This document shows, piece by piece, positions 1 to 8,638 of a DNA stretch of 64,000 bases; within the stretch, counting starts at the first letter, position 1; every line of letters begins with the position of its first letter. The position numbers were made by a program, and so were the translations under genes. The stretch is from Bacteroidia bacterium (GTDB lineage Bacteria; Bacteroidota; Bacteroidia; M30B66), in contig OZ257142.1 in NCBI GenBank assembly GCA_965279035.1, positions 1,504,001 through 1,568,000 of the forward strand. The letters run 5' to 3'. The notes beneath the pieces are model-generated. The model did not search any database. It was not told the origin of the DNA and saw nothing but the letters and a program-made list of their open reading frames with translations.

Positions 1-2760
1 ACACTCCAGTAGTAATATCCATTGTTCGAAGAACCATTCGTGATATTCACCCACGTTGAACCATTATCAAGCGAATAATCTAAACGAACGTAATTGTAAA
101 TCGTGCTTTGCGTCCATGTAATTTGATAATCGCAACCAACAAGTAAAGTCTCGCCACCATTAGGTGTTAAGAGAATCGGCGTAGCTGGAACAATGGTAAA
201 ATTGGCATTGGAGATATCGAACTTACAGGTGTTTTGATAATCAATCACCTTCACTAAACACTGTGTTGATGGATTATTAGGAACGCTCCATGTGTATGAA
301 TTTCCGGTGATGTTCGATACGATGTTGTTCCAAGACGAACCTGCATTGGTTGAATACTGCAAAGTATAATATCCCGAAGCCGAAGGCAGATTCGTCCAGG
401 TGATAGTATGAGAAGAAAGTCCAACCCACGATTCACCACCGTTGGGAGAAGTTACGGTTATGTCGTTGGAAGGAATGATGTTGAATACCGCATTCGATTG
501 ATCGGTGATGTAGTTGTAGGAATATCCGCGCACGCGAATAAGCGCTTGGGAAGAAGTAATTCCGTTAGGAACCGTCCAATTATACGTTTGATTTGGACTA
601 CCATTATCGCTCGGATTGGCAATGTCGGTCCAAGTAGAACCATTGTTGGTAGAATAGGCAATGTTCCAAGTTCCAACACAATAGGATTTAGTCCAAGCAA
701 TGGTGGCAGTAGCACAACCCACCAATGTTTCACCGCCGTTAGGATACGTAACAGTAACAGGTGGAGCAATGGTAAAAGTCGCGTTGGACACATCCGAAAC
801 TGAAAGATCTTGGTAGTTCGAAAGACGAATCAAACACTGAGTAGAAGCAGCAATGGTCAACGGAACACTCCAGTAGTAATATCCATTGTTCGAGGAACCA
901 TTGGTGATGTTTACCCAGGTTGAACCATTATCGAGCGAATAATCTAAACGGACGTAATTGTAAATAGTGCTTTGATTCCAAGTAATTTGATAATCGCAAC
1001 CTACAAGCAAAGTCTCACCACCATTAGGCGTTAGCAAAATCGGCGTAGCCGGAACAATGGTAAAATTGGCATTGGAAATATCGAACTTACAGGTGTTTTG
1101 ATAATCAATCACTTTCACCAAACACTGGGTTGATGGATTATTAGGAACGCTCCATGTGTATGAATTTCCAGTGATGTTCGATACGATGTTGTTCCAAGAC
1201 GAACCAGCATTGGTTGAATACTGCAAAGTATAATATCCCGAAGCCGAAGGCAGATTGGTCCATGTGATGGTGTGAGAAGAAAGTCCAACCCAAGATTCAC
1301 CACCATTGGGAGATGTTACGGTTATGTCGTTGGATGGAATGATGTTAAAAACTGCATTCGATTGATCGGTGATGTAGTTGTAGGAATATCCTCGCACGCG
1401 AATGAGTGCTTGGGAAGATGTAATCCCGTTAGGAACAGTCCAGTTGTACGTTTGATTTGGACTACCATTATCGCCCGGATTGGCAATATCGGTCCAAGTA
1501 GAACCATTGTTGGTCGAGTAGGCAATGTTCCAAGTTCCTACACAATAGGATTTTGTCCAAGCAATGGTGGCAGTAGCACAACCCACCAATGTTTCACCGC
1601 CGTTAGGATACGTAACAGTAACAGGTGGAGCAATGGTAAAAGTCGCATCGGACACATCCGAAACTGAAAGATCTTGATAGTTCGAAAGACGAATCAAGCA
1701 CTGTGTAGAAGCAGAAATAGTAAGCGGAACACTCCAGTAGTAATAACCATTGTTGGAAGAACCATTGGTGATATTCACCCAAGTAGAACCATTATCAAGC
1801 GAATAATCTAAACGGACATAGTTGTAAATGGTACTTTGATTCCAAGTAATTTGATAATCGCAACCAACAAGCAACGTCTCACCACCATTAGGAGTTAGGA
1901 GAATCGGCGTAGCCGGAACAATGGTAAAATTGGCATTGGAAATATCGAACTTACAGGTGTTTTGATAATCAATCACTTTCACCAAACACTGTGTTGATGG
2001 GTTATTGGGAACGCTCCATGTGTATGAATTTCCAGTGATGTTCGATACGATGTTGTTCCAAGACGAACCAGCGTTGGTTGAATACTGCAAAGTATAATAT
2101 CCCGAAGCCGAAGGCAGATTCGTCCAGGTGATGGTGTGAGAAGAAAGTCCAACCCAAGATTCACCACCGTTGGGTGATGTTACTGTAATGTCGTTGGAAG
2201 GAATGATGTTGAATACCGCATTTGATTGATCGGTGATGTAGTTGTAGGAATATCCGCGCACGCGAATGAGTGCTTGGGAAGAAGTAATTCCGTTTGGAAC
2301 CGTCCAATTATACGTTTGATTTGGACTACCATTATCGCTCGGATTAGCAATATCGGTCCAAGTAGAACCATTGTTGGTCGAGTAGGCAATATTCCAAGTT
2401 CCAATGCAGTATGATTTTGTCCAAGCAATGGTAGCTGTTGCACAACCCACAAGTGTTTCACCGCCGTTGGGATACGTAACGGTAACAGGAGGAGCAATAG
2501 TAAAAGTCGCATTGGAGACATCCGAAACAGAAAGATCTTGGTAGTTCGAAAGTCGAATCAAACACTGAGTAGAAGCAGAAATGGTCAATGGAACACTCCA
2601 ATAGTAATATCCATTGTTTGAAGAACCGTTGGTGATGTTTACCCAGGTTGATCCATTATCGAGGGAATAATCTAAACGTACATAGTTGTATAGAGTATTC
2701 TGTTGCCAGGTAATTTGATAGTCGCAACCAACGAGCAAGGTCTCACCTCCATTAGGAGTT
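1..2760. repeat. Tandem 864-bp (288-codon) repeat, 3 full units plus a partial unit
   Basis: The anchor ACACTCCA(G/A)TAGTAAT recurs at 1, 865, 1729 and 2593, an exact period of 864. Differences are mostly at third codon positions. Confidence 0.95.
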
Positions 2761-3413
2761 AATAAAACAGGAATTGATGGTGTGATGGTAAAAGGTAAAT
2801 TTGAAACGTCCTGCATGCAATTGGTAACCGCATCCATCACACGAACCAAGCAATTGTTAGAAAGTGCAACCGAAGGAACAGTCCAAGCGAAGGTAGCTGA
2901 TGCGGTGCTGTAATTGGTGATAATGTTAGTCCAGTTGGTACCTCCATTTACGGAATAAGCAATGTTGTATGTATTGGAAGTTCCTTGAGCATTCCAGGTA
3001 ATGTTATGAACTGTGTTTCCTTGCCAGATTTCTCCTCCGTTAGGAGAAGTGAGCAATACCGGAATATTGATGGTGAAATTATTATTGCTTTGATCAACTG
3101 TAGTTGGATGTTGAGCATCGTAAATACGCAGTTTAACTGTGTTCGATTGCACATTAGGGACAGTCCAAAGAAAAGTTCCGTTTGAACTTAAATAATTACT
3201 TGTAACCGAAGCCCAAATAGTGCCACCATCAAGAGAATAATCGATATTCCAATAATTAGAAGGAGTGCCAGTTTGCGTCCAAGTTACAGGATACTGTTGA
3301 CAAGCGTAAAGGATTTCACCACCATTGGGAGCAGTAACTGTTACTGTTTGCGCTTGAGCAACATGGACTAGAATAAGCAGAGAAAAAGCGAGGAAATGTT
3401 TGATCAGTTTCAT
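1..3413 (-). CDS. Giant secreted repeat protein, 5' part (over 1137 aa, runs off the left edge); tandem ~96-aa Ig-like 'PNGGE' modules (Kre9/KNH-like Ser/Thr-rich family)
   Basis: Absent from the ORF track because it has no stop in the window. Hand translation from the ATG at 3413 gives the signal peptide MKLIKHFLAFSLLILVHVAQA, then 12 modules of the type VTxPNGGE-W-YSxxxGxxW-YxWxVP-DxSNxxFTI. The short ORFs listed in 254-3185 are shadows of this gene. Confidence 0.92.
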   Translation of the reverse strand, partial: MKLIKHFLAFSLLILVHVAQAQTVTVTAPNGGEILYACQQYPVTWTQTGTPSNYWNIDYSLDGGTIWASVTSNYLSSNGTFLWTVPNVQSNTVKLRIYDAQHPTTVDQSNNNFTINIPVLLTSPNGGEIWQGNTVHNITWNAQGTSNTYNIAYSVNGGTNWTNIITNYSTASATFAWTVPSVALSNNCLVRVMDAVTNCMQDVSNLPFTITPSIPVLLTPNGGETLLVGCDYQITWQQNTLYNYVRLDYSLDNGSTWVNITNGSSNNGYYYWSVPLTISASTQCLIRLSNYQDLSVSDVSNATFTIAPPVTVTYPNGGETLVGCATATIAWTKSYCIGTWNIAYSTNNGSTWTDIANPSDNGSPNQTYNWTVPNGITSSQALIRVRGYSYNYITDQSNAVFNIIPSNDITVTSPNGGESWVGLSSHTITWTNLPSASGYYTLQYSTNAGSSWNNIVSNITGNSYTWSVPNNPSTQCLVKVIDYQNTCKFDISNANFTIVPATPILLTPNGGETLLVGCDYQITWNQSTIYNYVRLDYSLDNGSTWVNITNGSSNNGYYYWSVPLTISASTQCLIRLSNYQDLSVSDVSDATFTIAPPVTVTYPNGGETLVGCATATIAWTKSYCVGTWNIAYSTNNGSTWTDIANPGDNGSPNQTYNWTVPNGITSSQALIRVRGYSYNYITDQSNAVFNIIPSNDITVTSPNGGESWVGLSSHTITWTNLPSASGYYTLQYSTNAGSSWNNIVSNITGNSYTWSVPNNPSTQCLVKVIDYQNTCKFDISNANFTIVPATPILLTPNGGETLLVGCDYQITWNQSTIYNYVRLDYSLDNGSTWVNITNGSSNNGYYYWSVPLTIAASTQCLIRLSNYQDLSVSDVSNATFTIAPPVTVTYPNGGETLVGCATATIAWTKSYCVGTWNIAYSTNNGSTWTDIANPSDNGSPNQTYNWTVPNGITSSQALIRVRGYSYNYITDQSNAVFNIIPSNDITVTSPNGGESWVGLSSHTITWTNLPSASGYYTLQYSTNAGSSWNNIVSNITGNSYTWSVPNNPSTQCLVKVIDYQNTCKFDISNANFTIVPATPILLTPNGGETLLVGCDYQITWTQSTIYNYVRLDYSLDNGSTWVNITNGSSNNGYYYWS

Positions 3414-3693
3414 GATTTTATAATTAGCAGTATAGGTTGTTAGGCTTTTTTGAAAAGGGACGTAAAAATAACAAAATGAAGCCATTGAAGCATGTGAATA
3501 TTGGTTTAAAATATCCCTATCGCCTCCCAATCATAAATTATAGAGACATTTTATGTCTAATTGAGCTGATAGAAATGATTAATTATCATCATGAAGAAAT
3601 ATCCCAATCTATTCAGGGTAATCCAATTTCTTGTGATGTAATTCTAAAAAATAAAATGATTCAAATGAGTTGATTATAGAGAATGAAGAATGT

Positions 3694-3825
3694 ATCGCGT
3701 GAGCGGTAGAGGCTACACCTCGCATCACCTGCCGAAGCGATAGCGAAGGCGGGCAGTAAGATTCCGATAACTATCGGAAACAGCAGATGACGCGATCTGA
3801 ACTTTTCGTGAAGGGCATGCCCAAA
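3694..3825. repeat. GC-rich structured intergenic element (copy A) with two nested REP-like palindromes
   Basis: ATCGCGT (3694-3700) and ACGCGAT (3790-3796) can form a closing stem. Nested palindromes are CCTGCCGAAGCGATAGCGAAGGCGGG (3728-3753) and TTCCGATAACTATCGGAA (3762-3779). The element ends GGGCATGCCCAAA. Confidence 0.6.
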
Positions 3826-3826
3826 T

Positions 3827-3861
3827 AAAAAAAGGACAAGCCATTTCTGACTTGCCCTTTA
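3827..3861 (-). terminator. Probable intrinsic terminator of the DUF4139 gene
   Basis: AAGGACAAG...CTTGCCCTT imperfect hairpin flanked by A and T runs, just past the stop at 3879. Confidence 0.6.
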
Positions 3862-3878
3862 CACACAAAACAATGCGA

Positions 3879-5498
3879 TTATGGTTGTTCCTGAACTGTT
3901 TTTCCTTTTGGATATTCGACCGTATAACTGAAGCGAATTTTCTTGCTATCGTTCGGTTTGATGGTGTAATTCCAGAAAAGTTTTCCGTATTCCTCGGTGT
4001 ATTCGGCACCTTGTTTATCGAGTAATTCTACTTTGATTTCGTTACGACGAGAAAGTGGAATTTGATCTAAGATTTCGATATCGATTGCCGCTCCTTTGTT
4101 ATTACGGATGGTAGTTTCCCACACATAACTATCTTTTTGTGTGTTCTCGAAAAATTTCTTGGATGATTTATCTACCACACGAATTCGTTTTACCACGATA
4201 CGTTCGTCGCGACCTAGAGAAATAAGCAGCGTATCGCTCGAAACGGAAGGATTTAGCTGCGTTTGTCCAACATACATATCATCGAAAAAGATGTTTGCAG
4301 GTCCTGCTAGCATGTTGTATTTTCCATAATCGGTGATTTTAGCTAACAAGAATGCCGCTTGCTCGAGTTTCGGAACCACATGGTATTTGTAGGTTGCAGG
4401 AACATTGTAGGTTTGAATCGCACAAATATGTTCTTTGCCATCGGAAGGAATATTTTGGCGCGCTTCAATTTCGAATTCAACATTGATATCACTCTCGCTC
4501 ACATTGACTTCGTAATTGTATGGATTTTCATCATCCTCAGCCACGGCATCTTTCCTCATTACTTTAGATTCAACCTGCATCATATTCATTGCTGCTCCTG
4601 CGTTTGACAACGTTGTAGCTTGTGTACGATACACGTAATAATCGATATATTTAGGAGTCATAATTGGGCGATTATTATTCATGCTTGGATTGGCTGTTGA
4701 AATTGTAATTTTCACATCTTTCCAATCGTTGCCAGTGCTTTGATATAGTTTGGCTTTATAGAAAATATTGACTGGTTGTGTGGTGTTTTGTACTTTGATA
4801 TCGTACATCGGTGCCCAGCCAGCTTGATTTACGAGATAGGTTGGATGAATGGTCAATGCTCCGCCGGTTTCGGAAGAAAAACTAAGGACAATTTCTTTTA
4901 CCGGTTCTTTTAATTTCACACCCATATCGTTGAGCTGTTGTTGAAATTTTTCTGTTTTCTCGGTGAAGCGCGCTACTTTAAGATTCAGATCGAATAACTT
5001 CTTTCTTAAATCCATTAAACGTGAACGGTAAAAATCGGCTAGGACAATGAGTTCTGCAGGTTTCAAACCTTCTTTGGTGCTCCCAAGTTTGGTGTTGTTG
5101 TCGATCAGCGCAATTTCGCCAGTCCAAACTGCGCGTTGTTCTTCGAACCACGTTAATTCTTGTTGAAATGCTTTGATGGAATCTCGAAGTCGATCGGCTT
5201 TCGGATCTTTTGGAGCTGCATTTTCTTCGGTAAAATAATTGATGCGCGTTGTTGCCGAGAGTAAAGTTGCCGCACCTTTCACACCCACTTGCAAACTTGC
5301 ATCGATCATGAATGTTGAAATTCCGGAAATAACCACATCCGAATTTCCTTTCGGAATGGTCACATTTAAAGCGCGGGATTCTTTCGCTTGATTACGGTAA
5401 ATAGTGACATCGATAATTTTTGAGCTCGCCGGAATTTCGTCGGCACGGACCGATAAGGCCGCAGTTAGCAGGAGCACGAATGCAAAACGTGATTTCAT
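3879..5498 (-). CDS. DUF4139/DUF4140 (TIGR02231, MuiA-like) exported protein
   Basis: Signal peptide, N-terminal 'IIDVTIYRNQA', a coiled coil, 'AGWAPMYDI' and 'YQSTGNDWKDVKITISTANP' motifs, and C-terminal 'IEILDQIPLS'. Confidence 0.88.
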   Translation of the reverse strand: MKSRFAFVLLLTAALSVRADEIPASSKIIDVTIYRNQAKESRALNVTIPKGNSDVVISGISTFMIDASLQVGVKGAATLLSATTRINYFTEENAAPKDPKADRLRDSIKAFQQELTWFEEQRAVWTGEIALIDNNTKLGSTKEGLKPAELIVLADFYRSRLMDLRKKLFDLNLKVARFTEKTEKFQQQLNDMGVKLKEPVKEIVLSFSSETGGALTIHPTYLVNQAGWAPMYDIKVQNTTQPVNIFYKAKLYQSTGNDWKDVKITISTANPSMNNNRPIMTPKYIDYYVYRTQATTLSNAGAAMNMMQVESKVMRKDAVAEDDENPYNYEVNVSESDINVEFEIEARQNIPSDGKEHICAIQTYNVPATYKYHVVPKLEQAAFLLAKITDYGKYNMLAGPANIFFDDMYVGQTQLNPSVSSDTLLISLGRDERIVVKRIRVVDKSSKKFFENTQKDSYVWETTIRNNKGAAIDIEILDQIPLSRRNEIKVELLDKQGAEYTEEYGKLFWNYTIKPNDSKKIRFSYTVEYPKGKTVQEQP

Positions 5499-5618
5499 TT
5501 TATCTAAATTTTAATTGGAAGCTCGAGAGAATTGAGCCATTGCCTTTGCGGCGCGCGCCCTTTTCAAAATCCAAGCCAGCATGTTTGTTCTGCCTCTTTG
5601 CCCGATTTTAAAAAAGGT

Positions 5619-6305
5619 TCAGTGCTTTTGAATGGAATTAAAGACAAGAGACTCTATAAACTCGGTCATTTTAGCCTCTTTGTTGTTGATTGTGAAGTCG
5701 GTAAGAGAAGGTAAATTTTCTTGAAAAAATTTTTGAGAATGTGCTATTTCTAACATCGATGTGGCCAATGAATGAGCAAACCCATACTGAGGATTTATTT
5801 CGAGTAATACTTTTGCTATGCGTTGACAAAGATCTTTGTATGGCTTAAAAAGTCGAGCTTGATTGTCTTCACTAACATGATGCGTTAAATACGATTTTGA
5901 ACCTTCCCAGATAGCCAATTGAAGAGCTTCTTTTTCAGGAATAAATGCAGAAAGATTCGAATTATCTACTGGTTCACGTACTAGAATTTGAATGATGTTT
6001 TTCAGTTTTTGAATAGGATCAGAAATGTTATTCATGCTGAATATGACTTTGTATTCGAGAAAGCTCCAATACCACGTAATCAGGTAGGTGAGTAGACGAT
6101 GTTTGTTTTCGAAATACCGATAAATACCGGCTTCGGTCGTTTCAATTTCGGAAGCGAGTTTTTTAAATGTGAAATTTTCGAAACCCAGTTTATTGATCAA
6201 CAGCAGGCCATGATGAACGATTTTTCTTCCTAAGACTGTCTCTTCGGGGTTTCGGAGAAAAAGTTTCTCATTCATTTTAATCTTTATTTCAAGCTCCATA
6301 AACAA
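5619..6305 (-). CDS. TetR/AcrR family transcriptional regulator
   Basis: HTH 'GFENFTFKKLASEIETTEAGIYRYFENKHRLL'; divergent from the T1SS-like operon. Confidence 0.9.
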   Translation of the reverse strand: MFMELEIKIKMNEKLFLRNPEETVLGRKIVHHGLLLINKLGFENFTFKKLASEIETTEAGIYRYFENKHRLLTYLITWYWSFLEYKVIFSMNNISDPIQKLKNIIQILVREPVDNSNLSAFIPEKEALQLAIWEGSKSYLTHHVSEDNQARLFKPYKDLCQRIAKVLLEINPQYGFAHSLATSMLEIAHSQKFFQENLPSLTDFTINNKEAKMTEFIESLVFNSIQKH

Positions 6306-6330
6306 ATTCGGTTTTATTCCGTTTTCAGCT

Positions 6331-6370
6331 AAGATAGTAAAACTATCATTTAAAGTAATGTTACTATCTT
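6331..6370. promoter_or_regulatory. Probable TetR operator(s) in the divergent intergenic region
   Basis: Perfect 10-bp inverted repeat AAGATAGTAA (6331-6340) / TTACTATCTT (6361-6370), plus the palindrome GATAGT-AAA-ACTATC (6333-6347). Confidence 0.7.
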
Positions 6371-6388
6371 TGTTTTTTGATTTGAATT

Positions 6389-8638
6389 ATGAATCAATCG
6401 AAGTTATTATTCAAGTGGTTGCTCAAAGAGCGAAACATCATCAGTAAGATATACTTGTTGGCTTTGCTTCAAGGTGCAATGTATTTGATTATTCCATTAG
6501 GAATTCAAGGTGTTGTCACATTTGTGATGGCAGGAAGTATTTCAGCATCCTTGTTTCTACTATGTGGAATTGTTGTTTTGGCAGTTTTATTTATTGGCTT
6601 ACTACAGATTTGGCAAATGCGTTTGAATGAAAGCATGCATGAAACAATCTTCGGAGATGTGGCAGCTCGCATTGGATTTTATTTGAATAATAAAAAGTTA
6701 ACTGCCGAAATACTTTCTCGTATCAATCATTTTTTTGAAGTAGTAACGCTTCAAAAAGGGATCAGTAAGATTGTATTAGATTTTTCTTTTTCCATAATCA
6801 GTATTGTATTTGGATTAATCATTTTGCCCTTTTATAACAGTTTGTTTTTCTCTTTAACATTGATTTTAGGAGCATTTTTCTATTTTATTGTTCGACATTA
6901 TGGAAAAGCTGGAATTGATTCAAATATTGAAACATCGAATCAGAAATACCGATTGGTTGAATTATTTCAAACTGAAAAGGGGATTGAGGAAAATGAAAAC
7001 TCAGCTTTTATTTCACAAGTCGATGAAGTATTGGAATCCTATTTTATTCAACGGAAAAGCCATTATGGAGTTCTCGAAAAACAATACAAAGGCATTGTAT
7101 TTTTTAAAGTCCTTTTTATTGCCATATTGTTGTTTCTCGGGGCTTTTTTAGTTCAAACAGGCGAATTAAATATTGGTCAATTTGTAGCAACGGAAATCAT
7201 CATTTTCTTGGTAATTAATTCCATCGAAAAACTGATTATTAGTTTAAATAGTTTTTATGATCTCATTACAGCAATTTATAAGATTGAAAAAATCACCGAA
7301 ACATCTCCCGAATATTCTATTTTCAGTAAGCAGTCGAAAACCCTGAAAAGTTTCGATTCTATTTATAAACGGCCTTATTCTAAAGTGATTAAGGTGTTTG
7401 TTTATTCTATGTGTTTGTGTGGTTTAGTAATTTTATTTCTACCATGGACTCAAAACGTAGAATCGACTGGTTTTGTAACAACATTAAATCCCGCCAATCG
7501 GCCCCAAACAATTACTTCACGAATATCGGGGCGTGTCGAAAAATGGTTTATACAGGATGGCGATCTGGTTAAGAAAAATGATACGATAGCTTATATATCG
7601 GAGATTAAAGAAGAATATATCGATCCTAACTTGCTTTCACGTTCGGAGTCGCAAATCCAATCGAAAGAATCGGCAATGGAATCGTTTGAGCAAAAGATAA
7701 ATTCGGTGAATGCTCAAATTGATGCCTTGAATAAATCTTTGCGAATGAAATTAGCACAAGCTCGAAATAAGATTGTTCAAGGTAAAATGAAAGTGACCAG
7801 TGATAGTACTGAGTCAATTACAGCAACAAGCAATTTGAAAGTTGCAGAAACTCAGTTAATGCGCTATGAGGATTTATTTAATAAAGGTGTTGTTTCACGA
7901 ACTGATTTGGAAAATAGGAGAGTAAAAGTTCAGGAAGCAATAGCGAAGAAAACGGCTGCTGAAAATAAATTCTTCGGTACTAAAAATGAGCTACTTAACA
8001 CCGAAATAGAACTAAATTCAATTCAACAAGAATATGCCGAAAAGCTGATGAAAGCTGATTCTGAAAAGTATTCGGTCATGTCGGCTTTATTTGAAGCAGA
8101 AGGTTCACTCACGAAACTTCAAAACCAATTGGTGAATTACAGCATGCGACAAGGTTTCTATTATGTATTGGCACCACAAGAAGGATACATTCATAATACA
8201 AAAATTCAAGGCATTGGTGAGATAGTAAAAGAAGGCGCAGCATTATGCAGTATAGTTCCATCTCAATCGGAACAAGTTGTTGAATTATATATCGATCCGG
8301 TGAATTTGCCTTTAATTCAACAAGGTCAAACGGTGCAGCTCACATTTGATGGTTGGCCTGCTTTTGTTTTTTCGGGTTGGCCAGGAATGAGTTCAGGTAC
8401 GTATCCAGCCGAAGTGATTGCTTATGACCGGGTGATTTCTCCCAATGGTAAGTTTAGGATTTTAGCAAAAGGTAAAGGAAAACGTTGGCCAGAAGCCATT
8501 CAAGTAGGTGGTGGTGTGAAAGGGTTTGCACTCTTAAGAAATGTCCCACTTGTTTACGAAATGTGGAGAAAAATCAATGGTTTTCCTCCCGAGTTTTATC
8601 AGAAATCGAAAAGCACTATTTCGGATGAAAAGAATTAA
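6389..8638 (+). CDS. Fusion of an ABC-transporter transmembrane domain to a HlyD-family membrane fusion protein; no nucleotide-binding domain
   Basis: Residues ~1-305 are an ABC membrane domain ('PLGIQ', 'GELNIGQFVATEIII', 'IEKLI'). Residues ~330-749 are HlyD ('LPWTQNV', 'RPQTITSRISGRVEKW', coiled coil, 'FDGWPA', 'NGFPPEFY'). No Walker A/B or LSGGQ motif is visible. Confidence 0.85.
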   Translation: MNQSKLLFKWLLKERNIISKIYLLALLQGAMYLIIPLGIQGVVTFVMAGSISASLFLLCGIVVLAVLFIGLLQIWQMRLNESMHETIFGDVAARIGFYLNNKKLTAEILSRINHFFEVVTLQKGISKIVLDFSFSIISIVFGLIILPFYNSLFFSLTLILGAFFYFIVRHYGKAGIDSNIETSNQKYRLVELFQTEKGIEENENSAFISQVDEVLESYFIQRKSHYGVLEKQYKGIVFFKVLFIAILLFLGAFLVQTGELNIGQFVATEIIIFLVINSIEKLIISLNSFYDLITAIYKIEKITETSPEYSIFSKQSKTLKSFDSIYKRPYSKVIKVFVYSMCLCGLVILFLPWTQNVESTGFVTTLNPANRPQTITSRISGRVEKWFIQDGDLVKKNDTIAYISEIKEEYIDPNLLSRSESQIQSKESAMESFEQKINSVNAQIDALNKSLRMKLAQARNKIVQGKMKVTSDSTESITATSNLKVAETQLMRYEDLFNKGVVSRTDLENRRVKVQEAIAKKTAAENKFFGTKNELLNTEIELNSIQQEYAEKLMKADSEKYSVMSALFEAEGSLTKLQNQLVNYSMRQGFYYVLAPQEGYIHNTKIQGIGEIVKEGAALCSIVPSQSEQVVELYIDPVNLPLIQQGQTVQLTFDGWPAFVFSGWPGMSSGTYPAEVIAYDRVISPNGKFRILAKGKGKRWPEAIQVGGGVKGFALLRNVPLVYEMWRKINGFPPEFYQKSKSTISDEKN

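Noticed and set aside
1-2760. Repeat array as a CRISPR or a DGR template/variable pair
   Set aside because: The units are 864 bp and coding, with no spacers. Differences are mostly synonymous rather than adenine-specific, and there is no reverse transcriptase or cas gene in the window.
254-3185. Short repeated ORFs in the track
   Set aside because: They are alternate-frame or antisense shadows of the long minus-strand repeat gene.
3437-4009. ORFs 3437-3673 and 3725-4009
   Set aside because: They cover promoter-like AT-rich DNA, the structured repeat and the DUF4139 3' end, with no protein-like features.
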